From an uncultured virus (IMG/VR IMGVR_UViG_3300047443_000199) (Duplodnaviria > Heunggongvirae > Uroviricota > Caudoviricetes), in IMG/VR virus record IMGVR_UViG_3300047443_000199: DNA of 64,000 nucleotides; one strand, written 5' to 3'. Below, piece after piece: positions 1 through 10,547 of this stretch (position 1 is its first letter; each line of letters starts with the position of its first letter). A program made the position numbers and the translations under genes. The notes under the pieces were generated by a model that was given only the letters and a program-made list of their open reading frames with translations, was not told the origin of the DNA and did no database searches.

Positions 1-216
1 GCAACCGAGGAAATAGTTAATAAGAAAGGGAGCGTTATTCGATGGAGTCTGGCTGGAGCATTGCTTTTAGGTCCGGTTGGACTAGTTGCGGGCTGGTGGC
101 TATGTGATAAAGAAAAGGAAATAACTTTCTACGCAAAATTCAAAGATGGCCGCAGCCTTCTTGCCACAACTGATATCAACACTTACTCCAAATTCTCTGC
201 CTCTCCCCACAAGTAA
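1..216 (+). CDS. 3' part of hypothetical membrane protein (truncated by window edge)
   Basis: Frame 1 open from base 1 to TAA at 214-216: ...WSLAGALLLGPVGLVAGWWL...ITFYAKFKDGRSLLATTD; hydrophobic Gly-rich segment. Confidence 0.5.
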   Translation, partial: ATEEIVNKKGSVIRWSLAGALLLGPVGLVAGWWLCDKEKEITFYAKFKDGRSLLATTDINTYSKFSASPHK

Positions 217-461
217 CACCACTTCCCCCTACAAAGTCAGCCGCTATAGCGGCAAGGACGAAGTCATGCCTGAGGAAATCGTTTTGATCCAGCCAGCCCC
301 TGTCGTCCGCGATAAGAATGGCAAGCCCCGACATAGGACGCCCCATGCCCACAGATAACCAAACCTGCCGCGCCGACATAGGATGAGTGCACGACGGTGA
401 TGAAGCCGGTCATCACCGCCGTGCGGTATGCACTTCGCCAGATCGAAGCAAGAACTTCTAT

Positions 462-767
462 CTAATCTGAAGTTACCGACTTTCTAGAACGATTCCGCAG
501 GCTGGTAGATCTCCCTTCTTCATCCCGATGAAGTAAGGAAACGCTGTAATCGTAGGTCGATATCAATGGCACAGGCTCCTCATTCCGGGACATATCAAGC
601 CATCGCCTTGTGCGTTCGATGTCGAAGGATTCCTTCTTGAACTTCATCTTCGCAACAAGGTTCGCTGAAACCTTGAAGTGTCCACAACCAGTTGAGCATT
701 TGACCTCTGACCACTCTCCCGGCGCTTGAACAATCCTGGCGGCAGCCTGGCAGATTAAGCACTTCAT
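462..767 (-). CDS. Small Cys-rich phage hypothetical protein
   Basis: MKCLICQ...KCSTGCGHF; close paralog at 62756-63061 in the same syntenic position. Confidence 0.7.
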   Translation of the reverse strand: MKCLICQAAARIVQAPGEWSEVKCSTGCGHFKVSANLVAKMKFKKESFDIERTRRWLDMSRNEEPVPLISTYDYSVSLLHRDEEGRSTSLRNRSRKSVTSD

Positions 768-981
768 ATTCGATCTCCATATCAGTGACCTATCAACTGT
801 AGCCGAACACCGGCAAAGGACATCCCCATGCCCACAGAAAATCGATCTACCCGGTTTCACCCGGACCCGCAAGTCGCTGATTAGCATCAGCGCGACAGTC
901 TCTGACCTGGCGCCTTCAGCAAACGAACTGCCACCTCCACTCACCCCACCTTCTGCCGCCACGCGCGGCATGGAGACGCTC

Positions 982-1188
982 ATGAACATTCAGTTTCTTT
1001 CCCACACAGAGGTCTGCGAGCTTACCGGCGCACGGACCAAGGCAGGCCAGATCCTCAACCTGAAGAAAAACGGTGTCAGGCACACCATTAAGGTAAATGG
1101 CTGGCCAAGTGATACGGCGTTGGCTGTGACGGCGGTCGGTATGTTTGAGCCAGAGAAACCCGTATGGAAACCACGCAAGGCTAGCTGA
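982..1188 (+). CDS. DUF4224-type excisionase-like protein
   Basis: FLSHTEVCELTG..Q...L...G motif directly upstream of integrase; paralog at 63275-63481. Confidence 0.75.
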   Translation: MNIQFLSHTEVCELTGARTKAGQILNLKKNGVRHTIKVNGWPSDTALAVTAVGMFEPEKPVWKPRKAS

Positions 1189-1189
1189 C

Positions 1190-2221
1190 ATGGGACGACG
1201 ACCAAGCAAACCCGGATCAATTGCCAGGTTTAGAGAGCGCAAGAAAGCCAGCGGCCGGGTTTTCTATTATTACGACACCGGCGGAAAGGACCGCAAAGAG
1301 ATCCCGCTCGGCAGCGACTACGGTCTGGCGATCATGGAATACGCGAAACTTGAGCGTGATCGTACAGCCACCGACCTGGTGGCCAAGGTGATCACCTTCC
1401 GTTACGTGGCCGAGAAGTATTTGGTCGACGTAGTGCCATCAAAGAAACCAGCAACGCAAAAGGACAACGTCAGGGAGTTGAAAAACCTGATGTCATTCTT
1501 CGACGACCCGCCGGCCCCGCTCGAAACAATCCAGCCCCTGCACGTCCGCCAATACCTGACCTGGCGTAAGGCCGCTCCGGTGCGTGCCAACAGGGAGAAG
1601 GCCCTGCTCAGTGCAATCTGGAACTTCGCCCGTGATATTGGCTATACCGCACTCGCTAATCCTTGCGCCGGGATAAAGGGCAACAAGGAGACGGGGCGGG
1701 ACATCTATATCGAGGATGCACTGTTCAAGCGCGTGTACGAGAAAGCAGATGTGGGTCTTCGGGATGCGATGGACCTTGCTTATTTGACTGGTCAACGGGT
1801 GACCGACACACGATTGATGGATGAGCGAGACGTCCGCGAAGGACTGATATGGGTCCTCCAGGGCAAGACAAACGCCAAGCGCCGAATTGAAATCACTGGC
1901 GAGTTGAAGGTTTTGATTGATCGAATTATGTCCCGGAAGTCAGGACAAAAGGTCCGCTCGACGCGGCTGATCGTTACAGAGGATGGCACACCAATGTCGG
2001 TGGCGATGTTGCGGGGAAGATTTGACTTAGCCAGAGAAGCGGCCGGGGTCGCAAAGTCCGAGTTCCAAATGCGCGACTTACGCGCTAAAGCAGGCACTGA
2101 CAAGGCCGAATCAAGCGGCGACATTTTGCAGGCCAGGGATCAACTTGGGCATACGACCGTCGTAATGACTGAGCAGTACATCCGAAACCGTAAGGGGAAG
2201 AAAGTCTCACCAACCAAGTGA
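1190..2221 (+). CDS. int: Phage integrase (tyrosine recombinase)
   Basis: TGQR, RDLRAKA, QLGH..TEQY catalytic motifs; ends next to tRNA 3' remnant. Confidence 0.95.
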   Translation: MGRRPSKPGSIARFRERKKASGRVFYYYDTGGKDRKEIPLGSDYGLAIMEYAKLERDRTATDLVAKVITFRYVAEKYLVDVVPSKKPATQKDNVRELKNLMSFFDDPPAPLETIQPLHVRQYLTWRKAAPVRANREKALLSAIWNFARDIGYTALANPCAGIKGNKETGRDIYIEDALFKRVYEKADVGLRDAMDLAYLTGQRVTDTRLMDERDVREGLIWVLQGKTNAKRRIEITGELKVLIDRIMSRKSGQKVRSTRLIVTEDGTPMSVAMLRGRFDLAREAAGVAKSEFQMRDLRAKAGTDKAESSGDILQARDQLGHTTVVMTEQYIRNRKGKKVSPTK

Positions 2222-2250
2222 ATTGCGGACCAATTCAATAATTGCGGACC
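2222..2250 (+). repeat. Putative phage integrase arm-type sites (ATTGCGGACC x2)
   Basis: ATTGCGGACC at 2222 and 2241; same 10-mer at 20757, just inside the left end of prophage 2. Confidence 0.6.
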
Positions 2251-2301
2251 AGAAACGAACAAGGGCTTGCCTAGCTTTCGCTCGCAAACCCTTGATTTAT
2301 A

Positions 2302-2324
2302 TGGTGCCGAAGCCGGGGTCGAAC
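2302..2324 (-). repeat. Degenerate tRNA-Leu 3'-end duplication (att site, distal end of satellite)
   Basis: TGGTGCCGAAGCCGGGGTCGAAC versus TGGTGCCCGAAGCCGGAATCGAAC at 20596. Confidence 0.85.
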
Positions 2325-2379
2325 ATACCACCTAAAGACCGCTAAATTACTGGATTTCTCTATTACCAAGCTCGTCTTG

Positions 2380-2400
2380 TATACCTAAACGTATACCTAA
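2380..2400 (+). repeat. Putative satellite integrase arm site
   Basis: TATACCTAAACGTATACCTAA identical at 2380-2400 and 20464-20484. Confidence 0.75.
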
Positions 2401-3117
2401 AACGAAAAGTACCCTCGTCTTCTCCGCCTCCAGCCGGCCGCTTATCGTGTCGACGCCCTCCCCGTTTCGCCGTCGCCGGGTGGCGCTTGTGATCATCTGC
2501 GCTCTCCCCATTTCGTGATGGTGGTTAGGAATACAAATTCTTAAGAGATGGAAAAATAGTTGGGCGCTGAGGCTGATACTGCGAACGCTTAGACTTTTGA
2601 CGCAGCACCTCCCGGCATTCCCTCATGATCGCCCAAGACAGCGATTTTCCTAAAAAACTACGAATTAATGGTTGAAACGGATAGGGACCGGTCTTTGAGG
2701 TGAAGGCTCCAGACTTTTGACCTCCCCCTCCCTAATGGCTTTATCGAGCAGCATCAACTGTCCGTGCTACCTTGCCCTGTGGCGAGTTACGGATCAACAA
2801 CCAATCCATCACGCCCTGCCGTATTCGGCCCTGCGCCGGACCTCGAATTACCCGCATAGGGGGGATGAGTCAGGGGTACCTCTCGAACTATCGAACTTAG
2901 GTGGATGGCTCGCTCTGGACTAGCCCCTGTATGGTGAGCAAGCTTAGGGGCGATTGCCATCCGTGGTCAGAATCAGTTTCGGTGATTGGTCGAGTGCGGC
3001 CGAAAGCAATCGCCTGAAAGTATCTAGGAAAGCCGGAGCAATCAGTTCGCTTCGCTCACTGGATTCACAAAAGCTACTCTTTGGCTCTCCTGTTAACTGA
3101 ATCGCCAGGTATCTCGA

Positions 3118-3645
3118 ATGCACCATCCCGAAAGTATACGCTCCGTTCAGCAAATGGTTGGCGAGCACGCCATTGACCTGCCTGCAGACCCGGGTATCTA
3201 CGCTTTTTGGTGGATTGGCGAACGTGATCAGTTGCTTGCTGCGAATCGCCGCATCACCCTCAAAGGGCCCAACGAGCAGCCTGTTGAAGTCGAGTACCGA
3301 GACTGGTGGCCTGAGGAGCTGGCCTATCCATGCCTGTATGTCGGAAAATCCACTAACATTCGAAAGCGGTTCTCACTCCACCTCAAGCGCGGTTCACCTG
3401 GTTGTCTTCACGCGGCACACCCTGAGCACCACAAAGCCAAACCCAATACGACCTCATGCCAGTTACGCTGGGGTATTGAGCACATCTTTCCGAATGAAGC
3501 AAACCCTCTGGCGTTGATCTCTACATCCGTCGGTTTTTCGTATCGAACAGATTTAGTCGATAACGCAATTGCTGAACGCTTCTTCGAGGAGGACCGTCTT
3601 GTAGGAACCTGGCGGCCTTGGTTCAATATTGACTCAGAGCGCTGA
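3118..3645 (+). CDS. GIY-YIG nuclease family protein
   Basis: PGIYAFW...LYVGKSTNIRKR...E...PWFN motifs. Confidence 0.8.
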   Translation: MHHPESIRSVQQMVGEHAIDLPADPGIYAFWWIGERDQLLAANRRITLKGPNEQPVEVEYRDWWPEELAYPCLYVGKSTNIRKRFSLHLKRGSPGCLHAAHPEHHKAKPNTTSCQLRWGIEHIFPNEANPLALISTSVGFSYRTDLVDNAIAERFFEEDRLVGTWRPWFNIDSER

Positions 3646-3718
3646 GATAACTACCCCTTCCTTCGACTGGACTAGCTCCAGCCCGTGGCCTTCACTCAAT
3701 TCTCATTCCAAGCGTTAG

Positions 3719-4549
3719 GTGCCACAAATGAGCTCCTTTCAAATCGAAGCCATGCGAGCCCTCTGGGACATTACGTCAGGATTTCAGTTGCAGGGCTACC
3801 CCATTGCTGAGTCGGGTAACGGCATTGAGTACAAGAATCACCTGAACTCGACGGTAATGACGGTCTATCACGACCGCCTCGATCCCGAGAATTTGGGCGC
3901 TATCGAAGTTGCAGTTGGTTGCCAGAATATTGCCGAGGAGTTGAGTATCCCAATTAACTCGGTTGAACACTGGATGGATAACCTACAACAGCGTTATCCG
4001 ACCGCAAAGGCTAAGTCACCACTGTGGTGGCCTCGAATTACGCTGAAATCACTCGCTCAATTAGCCCAGCTCCATGAGGACTTACAGCTACTTTATTCCG
4101 GGGAATCACTGGCATCTGCCACTCCAGAAACAGAGGAGACTCTGCAAGCCTCGCCTCATGATGTCGATGAACGAGTCCTTCGTGAAGTTCAAACTCGCAG
4201 AGGTCAGCCGGCCTTTCGTGCGGCGCTCATTCGAGCGTACGGGGTGTGCGCAATTTCGGGTTGTGCAGACATGGAAGCCCTCGAAGCCGCACACATTACA
4301 CCGCACTCTTCAGATGAAAACTACAGTACACGCAATGGTCTTCTTCTGAGGGCTGACATTCATACGCTGTTTGACCTGCGGCTGATATCGGTGAACCCTC
4401 GTTCCGGCAAAATTGTCGTCGTGGCCTCGCTGGGAACTACGTATCGTCAGTACGAAGGACAGCTTCTGCGCCTTCCTTCCGATCCTAAAGACCATCCAGA
4501 CCCTAGGGGGTTGATGGACCATTTCAAAGCATATGGAGGCAGGGTGTGA
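3719..4549 (+). CDS. HNH endonuclease (restriction-like HNH at C-terminus)
   Basis: RRGQPAFR...CAISGC...LEAAHI...NGLLLRADIHTLFD; start may be ATG 3728. Confidence 0.9.
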   Translation: MPQMSSFQIEAMRALWDITSGFQLQGYPIAESGNGIEYKNHLNSTVMTVYHDRLDPENLGAIEVAVGCQNIAEELSIPINSVEHWMDNLQQRYPTAKAKSPLWWPRITLKSLAQLAQLHEDLQLLYSGESLASATPETEETLQASPHDVDERVLREVQTRRGQPAFRAALIRAYGVCAISGCADMEALEAAHITPHSSDENYSTRNGLLLRADIHTLFDLRLISVNPRSGKIVVVASLGTTYRQYEGQLLRLPSDPKDHPDPRGLMDHFKAYGGRV

Positions 4550-4688
4550 CTGGGGGCCTTGATAGCTGTGCGAAGTACAATCACATCGTTCGATTGAGCT
4601 CCCTGCCTAACTTGGCGCTCAAGTTGTTCGCTTTCACGGATGTCCGTGTATGTGCGACAGTTCCTTATAGCAAATGGCTGCTTGGGGT

Positions 4689-4868
4689 CGATTCTGTTGA
4701 AAAGGCCCGCTGCAATCGTCGCCGCAAAAAACGGCGCAACGGAGGTTGAAATCTGCCGGGTTTTGAACGGCAAACGTGGTCAGACTTTCCTACCATTGCG
4801 CAAATTATGTGCTTTTTTGCCTCAACCTCTCGTTGTCGTGACTACTCCGATTTTTTCAACAGAATTGG
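4689..4868. mobile_element. MITE type A (~180 bp)
   Basis: Terminal IRs ATTCTGTTGAAAA / TTTTCAACAGAAT; internally similar to 10177-10356. Confidence 0.7.
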
Positions 4869-4894
4869 TCGATTCCTGTCAGTCATGACAGGGC

Positions 4895-5055
4895 CCAGGC
4901 TGTTTAACAACGCAGGCCCCCTTTGAAGTCTGCGTTGCTACGTAAAATCTGCCGGTGCTTAGTCAATCAGCAAGACCTGAAATTTGCGCAGGAACGCGAT
5001 TCTCGTTCTACTTCTGGCTGTCAAACCTGCTCTAAAACGTTTTTATACGGCCTGG
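4895..5055 (+). mobile_element. MITE type B copy 1 (degenerate IRs)
   Basis: CCAGGCTGTTTAACAACG...CGTTTTTATACGGCCTGG; body matches 8467-8627 and the reverse complement of 23546-23707. Confidence 0.8.
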
Positions 5056-5363
5056 GGCAGAAGCAGACGTTCGCGTGAAGCGGGTTTAAACCTTGAGCGC
5101 TAGGCGCTTCCTAATACAGCATGCTGGCGAACTCGGGCTCGTTCATGGCTCTTGCTCGTGCGCCCCTTAAATCTAAGGTGTTTTCAAAACTGCGAGATGC
5201 AAAGTAATTACACACCATGGCCTTTAGCCGATAATCTATTCACCTCTAATGAAAAGGAATTCCTCGTGAAGATATCGGTACGTTTGATGTTGACCATATC
5301 AGGACCAACAAGGACCTTGATCTGCGCAAGTGATTCCAGTGCGTTCCTGACAAAGGATCACTC

Positions 5364-8360
5364 ATGACTGTATCGCTCCCTAAACTGGGCCTCGCCTACC
5401 GAAAAGCAAAGGTTGACCTCTACTACTCGACCAACCCGTCACTCCTAGACATCGCCAACTATGAAGACAAGCTGGCCATTAATCTCGCTAGGCTGATGGC
5501 GCAGCTCGAATCCACAGACGAAACCTGGGTCAAAAAACCCGAGTTTCTAGGTACATGGAGGCTTGCCCCCAAACAGATCAAGGCCGCAGAAAAGGCGCCG
5601 AGCACAAGCCTGATCTTCGCTTCGCCTGAGACCGAATGGGCCAGCATTACCGAAGCAAGCAAAAAACCCATCGCCGAGTTTCGGCTTATGGCCAAATGCA
5701 GCATAGATTTCCATGTGCTATCGGCACTGTGGATGATGGAAATTGGCGCGCTGTTCGACAAACAGCTGAGTGCCAACGTCTACGGCAGCCGTCTTCGCCG
5801 CAACCGACACGACAAGATCAACACTTGGGCCTTGGGCTCCTTCAAGCCCTACCTTCGCCCCTTCCGCGAGTGGCGGGACGGAGGTATTAAGGCCATGAGC
5901 TCTGCCTTGGCCAACAAGAAAAAGGTTTTGGCGCTGACCGCCGATGTCAGCAGCTTCTACCACGAACTGAACCCCGGCTTCATGCTTGATCATGCCTTTC
6001 ACGCTTTAGCAGGCATACATCTGACCGAAACGCAGACAAAGCTCAACCGCATATTTATCAACGCATTACTGGCCTGGGCACAACAAACTCCACTCGAAAA
6101 GGGCTTACCCGTTGGCTTGCCCGCTTCCGCCGTGGTGGCCAATACCGCGTTGCTAAGGCTCGATCAGTTCATCGAGCGGCAAGTGGTGCCACTGTATTAC
6201 GGCCGCTACGTGGATGACATTTTACTGGTCATGGAAAACACCAGCGATATCAAAACCACTGAGCAGTTCTGGGACTGGGTCTTCAACCGAGACGGTGGTC
6301 GAGATCTGCTCAAGAACGACAATCGCAGCATTCTGTTCAAACCTGACTACCTTGATGGTTGCCGCATAGCTTTCGAAAACGCAAAGAACAAACTTTTCAT
6401 CCTCGCTGGCTCACCAGGCTTGGCACTAGTCAACGCAATATCGGAGCAGATTAACCAGCGCGCAAGCGAATGGCGTTCCCTCCCGGACCTGCCGGATTCA
6501 CCCAGCAGCGTGGCCACGGATCTACTCAAAGCCACCAACCTCGGTGGCGAACAAGCAGATAATTTGCGTAAAACTGACGCACTTACCCTGCACCGTGCCG
6601 GTTTTGCTCTTAGTCTGCGCGACTACGAGGCCTTCGAACGTGATCTGCTACCAAAGGACTGGCAAGCTCACCGTCATGCCTTTTTCTCGGCGGTCATCGA
6701 GCATCTCTTGACCCCAATCAAATTCTTCGAACTGGCCCAGTACCTACCCCGCGTAGTTCGGATGGCCGTCGCCTGTGAAGACTTTGAGCACTTGGGAAGA
6801 ATCATCAAAGCACTAGATGCTCTGGTTGCCAAAGTGACGCGGAGCTGTGAGCTGGTCATCAAGGGACTCGATGATAAGAAGGCGCTCCCCTTGGACTGCC
6901 ATACACGCTGGTGGTCAGCGCTGTTAGAAGCCCTTTCAGAGAACATCGTTTCAGCCTTTCCGCCCAGCCTCTCCAGTTCCGGCAAGGTTGCCTGGAAGGC
7001 TTTTGAATACGAAATTAAAAATGGTTTACTCGGCGCTCATCGGATTACAATAGCCTTAGGCTATTGGATGAGTAGCGCCAGCGAACTGCAGAAGACCCAA
7101 TCCAGATTGTTCAGCCGGGACCTCGCCCATATTCCCCTTCGTTTCACCGGCCTACCCATCGAGATGGTCAGCCAGCGCGGTATACCATTACGTAAAAACC
7201 TCACGACAGCAGCCGTGGAAGGGTTACTGCCCGATGAGATGCTTGACGGCATCAACATCCTGACAGGCTGGCTGAAGTTCAAACGCGGCACCCCGGCAGG
7301 CTTGGTCTTCGCCACCCGCCCCTTCAACCTGAATGAGCTTTACCTAGTCGCTCCCGCCCCGTTTGTAGCGAGTAACCGCAAGATCTTGGGCACGGTCGTT
7401 AAAGCCCTGCGTGGCTTTGATCTCACCGAGCACAAGATGCCCCACATCGACAAAAAACAGGTGTTGCATATCCCCAATGGTGAACCCAAATCCAAACAGA
7501 CCATCGCTGTAACCAGTTGGGAGACCAAAGATGAAAGCTTTACCGCCGCCATCATGCGCCTGCCCGATCCGGATGGACGCCGTCGTTACCAGCGTATCAA
7601 TCGCCTGATCAACGAGGTAATTTCGCGGCCCGACGGGGCTGGTTACTTAATCCTGCCGGAAGTCGCCCTGCCGCCACAGTGGTTTATGCGTATCGCTGAC
7701 AAGCTTAAAAGACGAGGCATCTCCCTGATCACTGGAGTGGAGTATTTGCACGCGCCAAAAAAACGCGTGCGGCATCAGGTCTGGGCGTCGCTTACCCATG
7801 ATGGCCTCGGTTTCCCTTCGCTAATGCTTTACCGTCAGGACAAACAGCGACCCGCTTTTCATGAAGAACAAGAACTCTTTCGCCTTGCTGGCTTGAATAT
7901 GCAACCCGCTCAGGAACAGCAATGGCAAAAGCCCCCAGTCATACAGCATGGTGACTTCCGCTTTGCCATCATGATCTGCAGCGAGCTGACCAACATTCGC
8001 TACCGCGCGGATCTACGCGGTCAAGTCGATGCTCTGTTCGTTCCAGAATGGAACCCCGACACTGACACCTTCAACGCTCTAGTGGAGTCCGCTGCACTGG
8101 ATATCCATGCCTACATTATCCAGTGCAACAACCGCCGCTACGGCGATAGCCGCATCCGCGCACCATACAAAGACCGTTGGAAACGCGACATCCTGCGCGT
8201 CAAGGGCGGCAATCACGACTATTGCATAACTGGCGAGATAGACGTGACAGCCCTTCGCCAATTCCAGTCCAGCCACCGGTCTCCTACCAGCGGCTTCAAG
8301 CCTGTGCCAGATGGCTTTAACGAAGACATGGCGTTTGATCGAAAAATACAACCCAAGTAG
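5364..8360 (+). CDS. Reverse transcriptase-nitrilase fusion (UG1/UG5-type, DRT1-like antiphage RT)
   Basis: RT motifs ADVSSFY, GLPVGLPAS, YGRYVDD; C-terminal nitrilase with apparent E-K-C triad (LILPE, QDKQ, MICSEL) and PEWN. Confidence 0.92.
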   Translation: MTVSLPKLGLAYRKAKVDLYYSTNPSLLDIANYEDKLAINLARLMAQLESTDETWVKKPEFLGTWRLAPKQIKAAEKAPSTSLIFASPETEWASITEASKKPIAEFRLMAKCSIDFHVLSALWMMEIGALFDKQLSANVYGSRLRRNRHDKINTWALGSFKPYLRPFREWRDGGIKAMSSALANKKKVLALTADVSSFYHELNPGFMLDHAFHALAGIHLTETQTKLNRIFINALLAWAQQTPLEKGLPVGLPASAVVANTALLRLDQFIERQVVPLYYGRYVDDILLVMENTSDIKTTEQFWDWVFNRDGGRDLLKNDNRSILFKPDYLDGCRIAFENAKNKLFILAGSPGLALVNAISEQINQRASEWRSLPDLPDSPSSVATDLLKATNLGGEQADNLRKTDALTLHRAGFALSLRDYEAFERDLLPKDWQAHRHAFFSAVIEHLLTPIKFFELAQYLPRVVRMAVACEDFEHLGRIIKALDALVAKVTRSCELVIKGLDDKKALPLDCHTRWWSALLEALSENIVSAFPPSLSSSGKVAWKAFEYEIKNGLLGAHRITIALGYWMSSASELQKTQSRLFSRDLAHIPLRFTGLPIEMVSQRGIPLRKNLTTAAVEGLLPDEMLDGINILTGWLKFKRGTPAGLVFATRPFNLNELYLVAPAPFVASNRKILGTVVKALRGFDLTEHKMPHIDKKQVLHIPNGEPKSKQTIAVTSWETKDESFTAAIMRLPDPDGRRRYQRINRLINEVISRPDGAGYLILPEVALPPQWFMRIADKLKRRGISLITGVEYLHAPKKRVRHQVWASLTHDGLGFPSLMLYRQDKQRPAFHEEQELFRLAGLNMQPAQEQQWQKPPVIQHGDFRFAIMICSELTNIRYRADLRGQVDALFVPEWNPDTDTFNALVESAALDIHAYIIQCNNRRYGDSRIRAPYKDRWKRDILRVKGGNHDYCITGEIDVTALRQFQSSHRSPTSGFKPVPDGFNEDMAFDRKIQPK

Positions 8361-8387
8361 AAGTAAGAACTGCAAGGGCTGCATCTA

Positions 8388-8422
8388 TATGGCCAGCAGA
8401 CATGGTGGATCTGCTGGCCATA
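8388..8422. other. 13-bp perfect hairpin downstream of RT gene
   Basis: TATGGCCAGCAGA-9nt-TCTGCTGGCCATA; no U-tract. Confidence 0.6.
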
Positions 8423-8466
8423 GCCGCCGTTCTTCAGTGGCAGCTATGGGTCGACGCTGGAGTTGG

Positions 8467-8627
8467 CCAGGCTGTGTGAAAACGCATGCACCGTTTTGAA
8501 GTCTGCGTTGCTACGTAAAATCTGCCAGCGTTTGGTTAGTCAGCAGACCTGAAATTTGCGTAGGAACGCGATTTTCGCTCCGATTCTGACTGTCAAACTT
8601 ACTCTAAACGTTTTCACACAGCCTAGG
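8467..8627 (+). mobile_element. MITE type B copy 2
   Basis: Perfect 15-bp IRs GGCTGTGTGAAAACG (8470) / CGTTTTCACACAGCC (ends 8623). Confidence 0.85.
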
Positions 8628-9000
8628 GCAATAGCTGCCGCCAATTCCACGTAAGAAATCACGGTGATCCACCTCTTGCAGCACCTTGTTGCAAGGCTTG
8701 GAGTTGTCTACAAACCTAGGAGCGCTTCAAACCAAAGCAGTCGATACCAAACCGTATCATTAAGTGGGATTTTACCGGTTAAAAATAGAAATCAGTCATC
8801 AATAGCATTATTGATTAATCCCACTGAAAATCAGAACCGACTACACCCACCTAAGGGGGCAGTCATAGACTTTACCACTAGCGGTCAATATCAAAATCGA
8901 GGCGGGACCTTAATTCGAGTATTGAAATACATCCATGAAGTCACGAAAATCTTAGATACCAGACAGAAAATATACAATAAAGACGAACTCCCAAACCCCT

Positions 9001-9408
9001 TCATCTCGTAGTAATATGATGCCTTTCAAGACAACCATTATAAACATGCTCACCCAGCTCGGACGCTGATGCCCGAGGCCGACTATATGTAAATCTAATC
9101 AGATCTATCTTCTGCTTAATATCCGCATCATTCATTGTCGTTCCTTTAAATTTATACTCAGCCCTAGATACTAGACTTTCTTCATCAAGCCCATTATCTC
9201 TTAGACCAGCTACGGCTTCGACCATCACCTTGTCGGCCAGACACAGCTCCTTTAATAATAGACCAAGTTGTTTAGCCTGATTATCCCAGTACTCAGCACG
9301 CTTTAGTAACTCTCGATTTATAGATGGATCATCGGTAGCCGATACAATAGAAATACTCCCGACCCATAATATAATAATAGCGTGAAAATACATCATGAGC
9401 AGCTCCAT
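9001..9408 (-). CDS. Putative secreted hypothetical protein
   Basis: 135-aa ORF with hydrophobic N-terminus ending VSA; low GC. Confidence 0.6.
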   Translation of the reverse strand: MELLMMYFHAIIILWVGSISIVSATDDPSINRELLKRAEYWDNQAKQLGLLLKELCLADKVMVEAVAGLRDNGLDEESLVSRAEYKFKGTTMNDADIKQKIDLIRFTYSRPRASASELGEHVYNGCLERHHITTR

Positions 9409-10176
9409 TCAATGGAATCAGGCAGAATAATTCGAAGCAACCATAAAATTAAATCATAAGAAATATATAGCACCTAGCCCGCACCAAGGCGAATCTGGAG
9501 ATGAGCACAAAAAGAAATAAAAAAAACAATACTTATTTCGATAAAAAAATGTCAGTCCCGCCGAAATTAGCCTTAGAGCCTGCTGCAAATCAGAAAAAAG
9601 TGGAGGCGGGATATTCACTGGCGGCGGTGAGCGCTAGAGACCTCGTGACTGCCATGCCGAGCACTTCGGCATCATCAGAATCTATTGGGTCTGCTGCAAA
9701 AACTCTAATAGCGCTTCCTCTAGCCCGGAATTTAAGCAATTGCGCTTTGCCTGGCACACATAGATCCGCCCCCAAAAGGAGCTGCGCTAATTACTTAGTT
9801 ATCTTGCTGACACTCATGTATTCACTCGTTCAGAATCTGATTTTCATCAGTTTGATGTTCGAAAACTCCTTCGCGCAATTCTTGATCTGCGCTGCTTTAA
9901 CCGTGACAACGATCGAGTATTACAAGATCATCGACGAGTTTGCACTGCTCACCTTTAAAGTCCGTCTGAACACACCGACCATACCGCCATATCAAGCAGG
10001 GGGCTTGCCTGTTGAAGGCCCTCCCCCGACTAACATCGTGCCATTGGCGAGTGCGTCGATCTAGCTGAGCGGAGACGCGGGGCGGTTATTGCGGGCCAAA
10101 GCTAGGGTAGCAGTCGGCAACCTTAGCGACGTCGAATGAATGTAAGTATTCATTTCCATGACAGGCAGCTATTGAC

Positions 10177-10356
10177 CGATTGCGTTGAAAAAGTCGGTTT
10201 TGATTTCCACGGCAGAAAAGTACGCGTCTGAGATTGAAATCCGTATTTTGTGCAGAAGGTTCAGGGCTCAGATTTGACGTAGCTGCGTGCAGAAAAGGCG
10301 TCTTCACCTCTCGATGCATGGCTAGCCAAGCCGGGTCGACTTTTTCAACACAATCG
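10177..10356. mobile_element. MITE type A-related (~180 bp)
   Basis: IRs CGATTGCGTTGAAAAAGTCG / CGACTTTTTCAACACAATCG. Confidence 0.8.
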
Positions 10357-10547
10357 ACCAGAAACGGTCAGTCATATGTTTCTATCAAAGCCTGCGCGAC
10401 TAACTTCCTACGAGCTGGAAATATCCGACTAAAGTCAGGGCGGAGGCGCGGGGGGATTGCAGAGCGATACGCCCCTTGGGCTCAGCAGTCGTCTCGCCCC
10501 CAGTTCTGCAACTGCCAAGTATGATAAATCACAAGGATGAATTGCCC

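Larger units (their letters stand above)
1..2324. mobile_element. Integrase end of prophage 1 (extends left of window)
   Basis: Zn-finger ORF, xis-like ORF, integrase and tRNA 3' remnant; colinear and homologous with 62756-64000. Confidence 0.8.

Noticed and set aside
462..1720. Assembly duplication of 62756-64000
   Set aside because: The copies differ by many substitutions, often synonymous, consistent with two related prophages.
5056..8360. Retron, group II intron or DGR reverse transcriptase
   Set aside because: No msr/msd inverted repeats, maturase domain or TR/VR pair seen; the nitrilase fusion points to UG/DRT class.
9501..10064. 187-aa plus-strand CDS
   Set aside because: Looks like a patchwork of fragments with no coherent domain; cannot be supported.
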